In this document: piece by piece, positions 52,341 to 64,000 of the stretch | How the letters are laid out: each line of letters starts with the position of its first letter | Numbering within the stretch: position 1 is the first letter of the stretch | Source of the DNA: Eledone cirrhosa | Taxonomy: Eukaryota | NCBI GenBank assembly: GCA_964016885.1 | Contig: OZ024740.1 | Span: 119,970,001 to 120,034,000, forward strand | Direction of reading: 5' to 3' | DNA length: 64,000 nucleotides | Notes under the pieces: model-generated | Database searches by the model: none | What the model was told of the DNA's origin: nothing | Seen by the model: the letters and a program-made list of their open reading frames with translations, nothing else | Made by a program: the position numbers and the translations under genes

Positions 52341-54829
52341 ATTATTATTATTATTATCATTATTATTATTATTATTATTTCCAAGGTTCTTAAAAAGATA
52401 GTGCTTTTTTTTTAAAGCAAGTTTGAGAGATTGCAAAACTTTGGTAACTTCCTGCCACCATACATCACATTGTAGAAAGGGTTCATAATAAATGTATTTT
52501 TAGCAGTGGGGAATCCAATTCATTTGGCACAATTTAAAGTTTTTCATAGGTTTATCATCAGTGCTTGACACATTAAACAGTGCAAGTCAGAAGGCTTGCA
52601 TCTGGAGAAGCAATTCTATATTAATTAAGGACACGGTAGGTCCAGCCAGAAATGCATTGAAAGGAAGCCACCTCTGATAAATCAAAGAGAGGTTATCATC
52701 ATTATCATCATCATTGACGTTTAACATCTATTTTCTGAGTTAGTATGAGTTAGACGAGTTGTCCTGTTTGAGGCAAGTTGGTTAAGGTAATCATGTCTTG
52801 CTCATATAGAATTGTTCTGGATTGGTTTCTTCAGCAGTATGCCCTCTCTTAATGCCAACCACATTTATATTGCCTGCTGGGTGCTTTCTGTCATGACACC
52901 TACACAACCACTTTACAGTGTGGATTGGGTGCTTTGAAGATAAACAGCAGCATTATTATTTAAGACTGCCTGACAGTTTACTGCCTTTTAAACAGATGAG
53001 GATGGAGCATCTGCCCTCATGAAAGGGATGCATTCTACTGTCAAAATGTATATTATCTGCAACAGCCTCTATTTTACAACTTCTGTAGGTGTGGTGATGC
53101 ACAGGGTTGCCGTGAGACTACAGCACCTCCTTAGTAATTTGAAATGAGTAAAACTAGCTAACAATTTAAGCCTGTCTTGAGAAGAGTGACAACCAATAAG
53201 AATGCCTGAGTCAGATGTTGTTTACTGTAAACAAAAGGTGTATTAATAGAATAGATAATGCTGCTTTCAGAAGGTGTTTATGTATAAATTTGAGAGCAGG
53301 TATTAAATTAAATTAAATATGTTATAATGGACAATTTTGTATCAAGACTAAAACCGGTTTTAGGCAGCTTTGTATCAAAAGGGTTAGATAAGTTGTTAGA
53401 TGGTAGTCTGTGTTTGTTTTAAGTTTGTTTCAAACATATCTGTTTGGGAATTTTAAACGCATGATAACTTTAATCATCTTAAAGAGTTAATACTAATTAT
53501 TAAAGATAAAGTAAAAGTATTATTACTTTGGAATATGATTCACTGTTTTGAAGTGAATCGATTTTTATTTGAATGACTACCAAATTTGATTTAACATTTG
53601 AACCTCCACAATTTTGATTGATACTTTTACACAGCTATGTTACAAGTACAGTGAAGTGATATATCTCCATATACAGATACATAATAAACAGTGTGTGCAC
53701 AGACTAATACACACCTCAACATATCCTCATACATAAAACCCAACAAGAACACCATCATGTATAGGAATCATGACTTAAAATTGTGACCAGTTTATGCAAA
53801 TTTTCACACACAGACACACACGCCAATACAAATATATATTGTAATATATTTATGGCAGAGTAGTTGTAATGATCAAGTACATGATTATGACAGGGATATT
53901 AGGTGAAAATATGGCTTCCTCTACAGTATGTGACACATTGTTAAGGTTGCTTCATCTATCTAGCTGGAAATGAATGAATCTTTCATGTCATGGGTTGCTG
54001 GGGGTACAATATCAGAAACTATAATGCAAACACTAAAGCAATATATTTCAAGCATGCATAAGCACGAGCTGTTATATTCTAGTATAGAGAAATTAGTATA
54101 TAATAAAATACATATATTCTGTGTGCCAATTTTTAATACTTTGAACTCACAACCTGGTATTTTGATATAGATGTTGTTTGACTTTCTATCACACAGGTAT
54201 TCTATTTTGCTGTGTACTTCTATTTAATATTGATATTTACATTGTTTATACCATTTTACATCTGTGCTTTAGTTTGCCTTTTGTGGTAAGGCATTGCGTC
54301 AGGTTCATAGATTCATTTTTGCAGTGATTTTTCAGGTGAATGATCAATGTTTATGATTACACAGTACAAGACATCAGGGTAGGGTTCAACAAGTTGGCTC
54401 CATACACACACTCAGAGAGACACAATTTAAAAGATATTTATTTGATATTTTCTAACAAAGTGAAGTTTGAATGTAAAAATACATATTTATTTGTAATGTA
54501 CATGTGTAAGATGCCCCCTGTTATAAAGTGCTATAAATGTGAGTAAGACATAGAGCATGATAACTCGTTCAGCCCATGCTAGTATGGAAAATGGGTGTAA
54601 GATGATGTTGATAATAAGTAAGATTTAATGAACATAGATAACTAACTACCTTACAGATAGAGGTAATGTATCAATCTACAGCTCCTTTGTTTTAAATGTT
54701 ATAACAAAGTACATTAGTTGTTTCAAGCAGGAGTCAAAGCAGAGCCCTCAGATTACTATATGTTGAAGATGCTCCCTTGGCTATAGAGGTAGCCCTACGC
54801 ACATTAAAAAATATCAAATATGAATGTGA

Positions 54830-55517
54830 ACGTGAACGGCAAAGAATAAACGAACTAAGGAAAAAATTAGAGATAAGAGGGATCAGATGTTGTTTACTCG
54901 AGAGAAGGCTACGTTGGTATGGACACGTGATGCGCATGAAAGTCGATAGCTGTATAACAAAGTGCAGGGCAATAAAGATAGACGGTAGCCACGGAATAGG
55001 CAGACCTAGAAAAACCTGGGACGAGCTGATAAACTCCGACATCACACACTTACACCTCTCCAAGACAATGTCACTGGACCGAGACCTTTGGCGGTACTCA
55101 GTAACAGAGAAGACTCGCCTTACCTAAATATATAGTAAAACCTACTCCAGCCAGTAGGCATCTCTAACAAAATACACCCCCCCCCCCCCCCATCCACACC
55201 ACCCCGTTCTATGTAAAGTTATGTTGGTGCCGCGCCATCCAGGCCGAAACAAATGAGATCGTGTAGGTGTCACGACAAAAAAACACACAGTCCACTCTGT
55301 AATGTGGCCGTGTAGGCAACACGGTAAAAACCTCTCAGACCCACACTGTAAATGTTGTTGGTGTTAGGAAGGGCATCCAACTGTAGAAAACCTGCCAGAC
55401 AGTCCTATGCGAGTAAGACAATCACTCTTGCCTCAAGTGGGAAAACCCCCGTCCAAACCCATGCAAGCGTGGAACACGGACGTTAAACATTGATGATGAT
55501 GATGATGATGATGATGA
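54830..55517 (+). mobile_element. RTE LINE 3' fragment
   Basis: RLRWYGHVMRM...GRPRKTW, family 3' UTR, (GAT)n tail. Confidence 0.93.
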
Positions 55518-56936
55518 ATGAAAAAAAATGATTGAGTATACAAATATAAATGATGACAACAGTATAAATGGCATGGTAATACACAACTGGTAAGTATCCA
55601 GCTATTAATTATACAGTTTTGAATCAATGCCATATAATACATAATATTCCACATTACACATTTACATTATATACGTATTGCAACCTTTATCACTTATTAA
55701 CATCCATCACTCTATCTCTCTTACCATTACTAAATTCCATAGCACTCTTTTCCATCACCCTATCTTTCTCCTATCAATCCCTTCTTCTCTATTATACCAC
55801 TCATGCTGTTATATTCAATACCTTTACCAACAATAAAGATGTAACTGTCTATACCTGTCTCTCATTTTCCAATTACTATATCCTCTATTGCTTCTTTTTC
55901 TGGTCTTCCATCTTATTCTCTCTCCCATTCACAAATTTTGTTCATGCTGCTTTGAATGAACAGGGACAGTGTAGGGCAGAATGAACTATTTATTCTTGTT
56001 GGGGACAAAGCAAATTCTGTAGTGCATTTGTCATGTTAAATGCACTCAATATAGTTTTTAGTGATTGGTATAAGGTTAGGTATACGACTGGAAAACATCA
56101 CAAAAAAGGCAATAAAAGTAAGACAATGTTCATGACCTAAGAACTAACTTGGACAAGGATGACTGATTTAATAGATGCCATCATAGAAAAGCAGATGTAA
56201 ATTAATGATGATGATGACAAAGAGTAGAATGAGAACGGTGATATATAGGGGCAATGAGATAAAAAAGAAATTAAGGTGAAACTTTCATCTGGTATATAAA
56301 ATAATTATTGATACACTGCTAAATGGTATAGCATTTTGTTATGCTAAAAAGCATCAACATCAGAGCAGTGCACTTAGATTAGGGAATGTTATTCGAGAAC
56401 GTAGTCAATACTGACTGTCATTAAATAAAATATATGCATGTGTATGTCTATGTTGTAGGGAAAATAATTAGTTACCCATGTAGATAAGTAGACATGGAAA
56501 TGTCTTTCAAAATGAGCATTGTTTTGAGAAACACTGTTTCAATATAGAGAAATAAAAATTATATATATATATATATAGTGGATTGGTGTGTAACATTTAG
56601 TTTCTATTGGTTCACCAGTTTGAGCACTGGTTGTCAATGTGGTATTCTATGTTTGGAATTTCCCCTTAGTCAGTATCCTTATGAAGCAGAGTGTTAATAA
56701 TATAAATTATACATTAATATATAATCACTCACACACATATATATGAATGTCAGCTGCGCATTGGAGTGGTAACAACAAAATCTGCCAGTATATCACACAT
56801 TAAAAAAGGATTACACATTAGCTCTCTGATAAGGTTGTATCTATTACGTAAGAGATACCACTGAAAAATATATAACTCACATAGTAATCAATAAAATGTA
56901 AGATTCAAATACTGATTTCTTCAGTTTATACACACA

Positions 56937-56971
<35 letters not shown>

Positions 56972-57725
56972 TAATATTATGCAAACAGCCTCTTTTTTAA
57001 AGCCATGTCAGTAGAATGATCCCTCATTTAAACATGTGTTGGCATGTCAACACAAGAGAAAGGATGAGGGGCCCATTCTATATATATATATATAAGGAAA
57101 AGTAATATGATTTAAAAAAATATTTTAAAGCAAAATTGACCCAACGAATCACTTAATTAACCTGTTAATAATTTTATTGACAGATTAATTGCATAAGTTT
57201 ATTTTAAAAACTACCGGGTTGAGTGCTTATTCGATTTGTGCTATTTATGCAATTTTTTGCATGATACACACATATTGAATTCATTTGCCAAAATCTGGGG
57301 TTTTTCCCCTTGTGAATTACACATGTGCTTTTACGAAACTCAGTGTCATTCACAAATTTGGTACAGAGCAAAATACCTGTTGATAACGTGATATTCCTTG
57401 TCCGATCATTATACCTAAAGCTTATAGTTTTAAGCAGACAGTATTATTGATTTAGGTGTCATAGAAACCCTGTATTTGGATTTTACCATCAATTCCATTG
57501 GTTCCAGGTCTGTTTTTTTATCATTTATTTTATTTTCACCTGTTTAGCTTGATTTGCTTTTTGGTTTAAGTGGTTCATGCTTTCTTGACCACTTTTTCAG
57601 TTTTGTATGGCGTTTTAACATATTGTTTAGCTCTGGTGTTTTAACTATGGATCTCTTGCTAGCATAATTCTCATTTTTGCGTTTCGTTTCGCTATTTCTA
57701 CCCGCCAAAATGCGATTCTCGCTGA

Positions 57726-57728
<3 letters not shown>

Positions 57729-57767
<39 letters not shown>

Positions 57768-57787
57768 ATATATATATATATATATGA

Positions 57788-57836
<49 letters not shown>

Positions 57837-57876
57837 AGTATATATATGTATGTAAGTAATTATATATATGTATATA

Positions 57877-57908
<32 letters not shown>

Positions 57909-58030
57909 AGTATATATATATGTATATATATATATATGTATGTATATATATATATATGTATATATATATGTATATATATATATTTATGTATAGATATGTA
58001 TATATATGTATATATATATGTATGTATATG

Positions 58031-58062
<32 letters not shown>

Positions 58063-58089
58063 AATGTATATATATAAATGTATGTATAA

Positions 58090-58120
<31 letters not shown>

Positions 58121-58181
58121 TATAGAAATGTATGTATATATATATATATGTATGTATATATATATGTATGTATATATATAT
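57729..58181. repeat. (TA)n/(TATG) microsatellite
   Basis: Directly visible. Confidence 0.97.
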
Positions 58182-58442
58182 AAGTGTGTATACGTACATA
58201 CATATATGTATACAGACGTACAGTAGTATGTATATATATACACACATGCACACATATATATATATATGTACGTATGGATTTACCGAACATTTATTATAAT
58301 TCTCGGTTTGTTTGTAAACAAACATCCCAAATTAAGCCGAACAGTGTTTAGCATCCATCGTTGCCCTTTTGTTCAACACTGACAAAGGAACGATGTACTA
58401 GTTTCAAGCTTATTAGCTATCGTCAGCACCGTATACTGTACG

Positions 58443-58450
<8 letters not shown>
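58182..58450 (-). mobile_element. Small non-coding HHR-bearing element (non-autonomous PLE/retrozyme-like) in (TA)n
   Basis: Related copy at about 63780-63957; 17-bp inverted repeat 58209-58225 / 58434-58450; contains an HHR motif. Confidence 0.7.
58390..58432 (-). ncRNA. Minimal type-I hammerhead ribozyme
   Basis: Minus strand: ACGGTG-CTGACGA-t-AGCT-aata-AGCT-t-GAAAC-TA-GTA-CATCGT. Confidence 0.8.
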
Positions 58451-58507
<57 letters not shown>

Positions 58508-58554
58508 GTATATATATATGTATATATATATATATGTATATATATATGTATATA

Positions 58555-59790
58555 TAAGACTAAAGTTCTAGTTTGTAGGAAAAAAAAATAAAGTGTCGGT
58601 CCCTTCTGGGAAATGGCCATGCTCGGTGTGTAGGAAAGACGTAGGTAGAAACTCCATTTTGTGTCCCAAATGCAAAGTATGGGTGCATAAAAGATGTAGT
58701 GGGATCACAGGTAAGCTAACTAAGAACATAGATTTTACATGTGGCCGGTGTTCTGGGGCAATAAGTAGCAGCAAGTGCCCACAAAATACTAGCTCTTTCA
58801 ACTGCGCAGAGGGTTCTATAGAAATAGTGGACAGCTTCTGTTACCTGGGTGAGAAAATCAGCAGTGGGGGAGGGTGCTCTGAAAGTACAGTAGCTAGAGT
58901 CAGAACTGGATGGAAAAAGTTCAGAGAGCTTTTACCGCTAATAGCCGCTAAAGGGTTCTCCCTAAAAATGAAAGGCAGGTTGTACGATGCCTGCATACGA
59001 ACAGCAATGTTGCATGGCAGTGAGACCTAGGCATTGTGTGCAGAGGATATACGCAGACTAGAGAGAAACGAAGCTTGCATGCTCCGCTGGATGTGTAATA
59101 GTAATATATGTGAACGGCAAAGCATAAACGAACTAAGGAAAAAATTAGAAATAAGAGGGATCAGATGTTGTTTACTCGAGAGAAGGCTACGTTGGTATGG
59201 TCACGTGATGCGCATGAAGGACGATAGCTGTATAACAAAGTGCCGGGCAATAAAGATAGACGGTAGCCACGGAATAGGCAGACCCAGAAAAACCTGGGAC
59301 GAGCTGATAAATTCCGACCTCACACACTTACACCTCACCAAGACAATGTCACTGGACCGAGACCTTTAGCGGTACTCAGTAATAGAGAAGACCCGCCTTA
59401 CCTAAGTACAAAGTAAAACCTACTACAGTCAGTAGGCATCTCTAACAAAATACACCCACCCCCCACCCCACCCACACCGCCCCTTTCAATGTAAGGTTAT
59501 GTTGGTGCCAAAACATCCAGGCCGAAACAAATGAGATCGTGTAGGTGTCACGTCAAAAAACACACAGTTCACGCTGTAATGTGGCCGTGTAGGCAACACG
59601 GTAAAAACCTCCCAGCCCCACACTGTAAATGTGGTTGGTGTTAGGAAGGGCATCCAGCTGTAGAAAACCCGCCAGATAGTCCTATGCGAGCAAGATAACC
59701 ACTCTTGCCTCAAGTGGGAAAACCCTCCGTCCAAACCCATGCAAGCGTGGAACACGGACGTTAAACGATGATGATGATGATGATGATGAT
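58555..59790 (+). mobile_element. RTE-clade LINE, 5'-truncated, two premature TAG stops
   Basis: ORFs 58593-59030 and 59034-59369 match the family; (GAT)n tail; TA flanks. Confidence 0.93.
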
Positions 59791-59794
59791 ATAC

Positions 59795-59915
<121 letters not shown>

Positions 59916-60071
59916 CATATAATGTAGGAGGTGAGTTTTATTGTAGTACAATAAAGCAATGCAGATATCGGATAAGAAGCACTCTACAGTTTGTAGGACT
60001 GGAGTATACATAATATATAAGATCAAAAGATGGTTAAAGGAGTTCCATGTATTTTATTATGCGCATTTCAA

Positions 60072-61420
60072 CTTCGCGGTGGAATTTATCGTGACGATGG
60101 ACTCTTTACTATCTTAAATTGCAATATAGTTAACCTTAATATTATTAAGAACAATATATGTAATCTCTTTAACCAACATAACCTAAAAATTGAATTTGAT
60201 AATAGTATCAAACTAGCTAATTTCTTGGATGTATCTCTTAATCTTGACACTGGCCTATATTACCCTTACCATAAAAACAATGAGAACCTAAATTATGTTA
60301 ACTTTAAATCTAACCATCCTACCAATATCAAGAATGCTATAGTTAGTAATATTGGAAAAAGAATATCTAACATATCTTCTAATAAAAACATCTTTGATGC
60401 TAACGACAATTACTATAATAACGCACTTTCTAAAGCCGGTTATCCAGATAAAATCAAATATAGTAAAGAAACAAATTCTAGAAAAACTTACAGTAGAATA
60501 ATTAATCATGATCATTCCAATAACTTTAATAAAAGACCTAGATACAAAAACATAATCTGGTATAATGCTCCTTTCTCCATCTCTATTAATAACAATATTC
60601 CTAAATTATTTTTAGTGCCTTAAATAAATGCTTCCCTCCCTCACATATCTATAGTAAAATATTTAACAAACACACCATCAAATTTTCTTATTCTACATCC
60701 TCCAATATTTCCAACATTATCTCTAAACACAACAATAAAATACTAAATACTAAATTTCTTCCTTCCAACATTGAATTTCATAATAACAGTAATAGTACTC
60801 CCGACGTCATTGTAAACCCTAGGCTAACTTCTGTAAACCCAAATACAACGTCAAACACAACTTCGCTAAATGTTCATAATCCAACTCTAAATCTAGAAAC
60901 TATTATTCCTATTATTCCTATCACAAACAACTTCTCCAATCCAATTCCTTCTATAGATAACACTAGGTCACTCATTAATAATCTCTCTAATTGCAACTGC
61001 CGCATTAAAAATAAATGTCCTCTCAACAACCATTGTCTTGATAAAAACTTAATTTATGAATGTAAAGTTATAACTAGCACCAATTCCTTCACCTATTTTG
61101 GCTCCACTTCCACCTCTTTTAAAGCTCGTCTCTATAATCATCATTCATCTTTTAAATACAAACTTAAAAGAACCAACACGGCTCTCTCAGAACTCATATG
61201 GTCCTTGAAAGACAAAAACATTAAATATACCATCTTTTGGAAGAAGGTTTCTTCTGCGTCCTCATACTTGAACAGCTCTCTATCTAAAATCTGTAATCTC
61301 TGCCTAAATGAAAAATTTACCATTATCTCTAATCTAGATTCTATAATAAATAGACGTACAGATTTGTTTTCTATCTGCCTGCATAAATTCCATAGGACTT
61401 TTCACAAAGTATACAGCTAA
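60072..61420 (+). pseudogene. Naiad-type RT C-half + GIY-YIG, frameshifted near 60615
   Basis: GGIYRDDGL, NFLDV, SNHP, IIWYNAPFS; after the shift KFSYS, CNCRIKNKCPLNNHCL, LIY...YFGST, CNLCLNEK, CLH. Confidence 0.88.
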
Positions 61421-61599
61421 TATTCAATTCTTTATCAATTTAGAATCTTTTCTCAAAGGCACATATACATACACCTCTTTAAAATATACCCATCTTCCTA
61501 CCTTACTTCAAAGGGCATTATACACTCTATAATACTTGTTTACTCATTACCCTCATTCTATCTTCACCTTGTAAAATCCTTCATAACATATACATTTGT

Positions 61600-62560
61600 T
61601 TTTTTGACGTTAGAATATTCATCCGCAATTATTATTATTTTTTTTCTCTCCATCATCAAACTTTTTAATCTCAATACATTAACTCCCTCTCCTTCTTTTG
61701 ACGCTAGAATATTCATCCTTAATTTAATATTTTTTTTCCTCCCATCAACTAAGTCATTCTTAATACATATTAACTCTTTCTTCGCACAAATTATCAATTC
61801 CTTCAATATAAAAACCTTAACTTCACATTATTTTTCTCAAATCATCTAATACACAAACCTTAATAATTTTTTAATACATATTAACTCTTTCTTCGCACAT
61901 ATTATCAATTCCTTCAATATACAAACTTTAACTTCACATTATTTTTCTCAAATCCTTCAACACGCAAACCTTAATAATTGTTTTCTCTTCGTTAATTTTG
62001 AAATTGCCATAATACTTATAAACATACACCCTTTTGACGTTAGAATATTCATCCGCAATTATTATTTTTTCTCTCTATCTTCAAACTTTTTAATCTCAAT
62101 ACATATCAACTCCCTCTCTTTCCTCGTACATATCTTTCCCTTCGTTAATTTTCAAATTCTTTTAATTTATACATTATCTTCCAACGGTTCTCAACCTCTC
62201 TATGTAAAACAATATATCTTTTCTCAGTTATACAAACTATCTCTTTCTCTCTATCACCCATCTCTCCCTCTCCACCTTCACTCTCATCTCCTCCCCTTTT
62301 TTCATCCTTTCCACCCCCCCTCTCTAAATAAAATATTTTTTCCTCGTACATATTTTTCCCTTCGTTAATTTTCAAATTCTTTTAATTTATACATTATCTT
62401 CCAACGGTTTTCAACCTCTCTATGTAAAACAATATATCTTCTCTCAGTTATAAAAACTATCTCTTTCTCTCTATCACCCATCTCTCCCTCTCCACCTTCA
62501 CTCTCATCTCCTCCCCTTTTTTCATCCTTTCCACCACCCCCTCTCTAAATAAAATATTTT
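61600..62560. repeat. Tandem/dispersed duplications in PLE 3' UTR (about 115-bp x2, 220-bp x2)
   Basis: tcctcgtacatat at 62121 and 62341; taatacat(a)ttaactctttcttcgcaca at about 61761 and 61872; ttttgacgttagaatattcatccgcaatt at about 61602 and 62032. Confidence 0.88.
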
Positions 62561-62658
62561 TCCCAATATCACACATCAATCTAAAACTACTTTTCATATG
62601 TTGATTTAAAACTGCACTATCCACAAGTGTTTTTTAGCCTTCATATCATGTTCTCCTG

Positions 62659-62725
62659 TTTTATCTGATGAAAACACAAATATTATTGCATGATGATGTT
62701 TGTTTTTGAAATGCGCATAATAAAA
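62659..62725 (+). ncRNA. Type-I hammerhead ribozyme at PLE 3' end
   Basis: TTTTAT-CTGATGA-(about 15-bp stem II, loop GCAT)-GAA-ATGCGCAT-A-ATAAAA. Confidence 0.8.
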
Positions 62726-62764
62726 TACATGGAACTCCTTTAACCATCTTTTGATCTTATATAT

Positions 62765-63757
<993 letters not shown>

Positions 63758-63759
63758 AG

Positions 63760-64000
63760 TACGGCTGTTACTTAAATATGAGTATGTATACGTACATACA
63801 TATATGTATACAGACGTACAGTAGTATGTATATATACATACATGCACACATATATATATGTACATATGTATTCACCGAAGATTTATTATAATGCTCGGTG
63901 TGCTTTTAAACAAACATCCCGAATTAAGCCGTACAGTGTCTAGCAACCATCGTTGCTCACTATTAACTCATTCGATATGCAAATTAGGCTGCTCAGCCGT
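63760..64000 (-). mobile_element. Relative of the 58182-58450 element, cut by the window edge
   Basis: Shares gtatacgtacatacatatatgtatacagacgtacagtagtatg...aaacaaacatccc...attaagccg...catcgttgc. Confidence 0.7.

Larger units (their letters stand above)
59920..62767 (+). mobile_element. Second Naiad-type PLE, 5'-truncated, with inverted 3'-end copy at its 5' end
   Basis: 60010-60071 is the reverse complement of 62706-62767; RT/EN remnants at 60072-61420; TA flanks. Confidence 0.88.

Noticed and set aside
57311-57354. TGTGAAT...CGAAAC-tcagt-GTC-ATTCACA, resembling an HHR 3' half
   Set aside because: No CUGANGA-like core or stem II between the stem I arms.

Overview
AT-rich animal genomic DNA, probably octopus or another cephalopod (inferred from the (TA)n expansions, the RTE family and the SINE-like repeats). 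I can support no host protein-coding gene, rRNA or tRNA; the many I/Y/C/V-rich ORFs are microsatellite translation artefacts. Retroelement content, much of it stacked in (TA)n tracts: (1) six 5'-truncated RTE-clade LINE copies with (GAT)n tails; (2) three Penelope-like elements (PLEs), namely a near-complete Naiad-type element at 36252-42750, a 5'-truncated Naiad-type at about 59920-62767 and a Nematis/Neptune-like one at about 29410-31710; (3) old restriction-like-endonuclease non-LTR fragments and SINE-like fragments. The most notable signals are a 16.4-kb, almost invariant, non-coding 615-bp tandem array with (AB)26A architecture inserted in (TA)n; minimal type-I hammerhead ribozyme (HHR) motifs in the PLE repeats and in small non-coding TA-inserted elements; a perfect 157-bp-arm palindrome centred on an HHR-like core; and a recurring inverted copy of the 3' end at the 5' end of these elements. 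Together these suggest an HHR-bearing PLE/retrozyme-like system targeting TA microsatellites. All RNA folds and counts were done by eye and none is experimentally tested.
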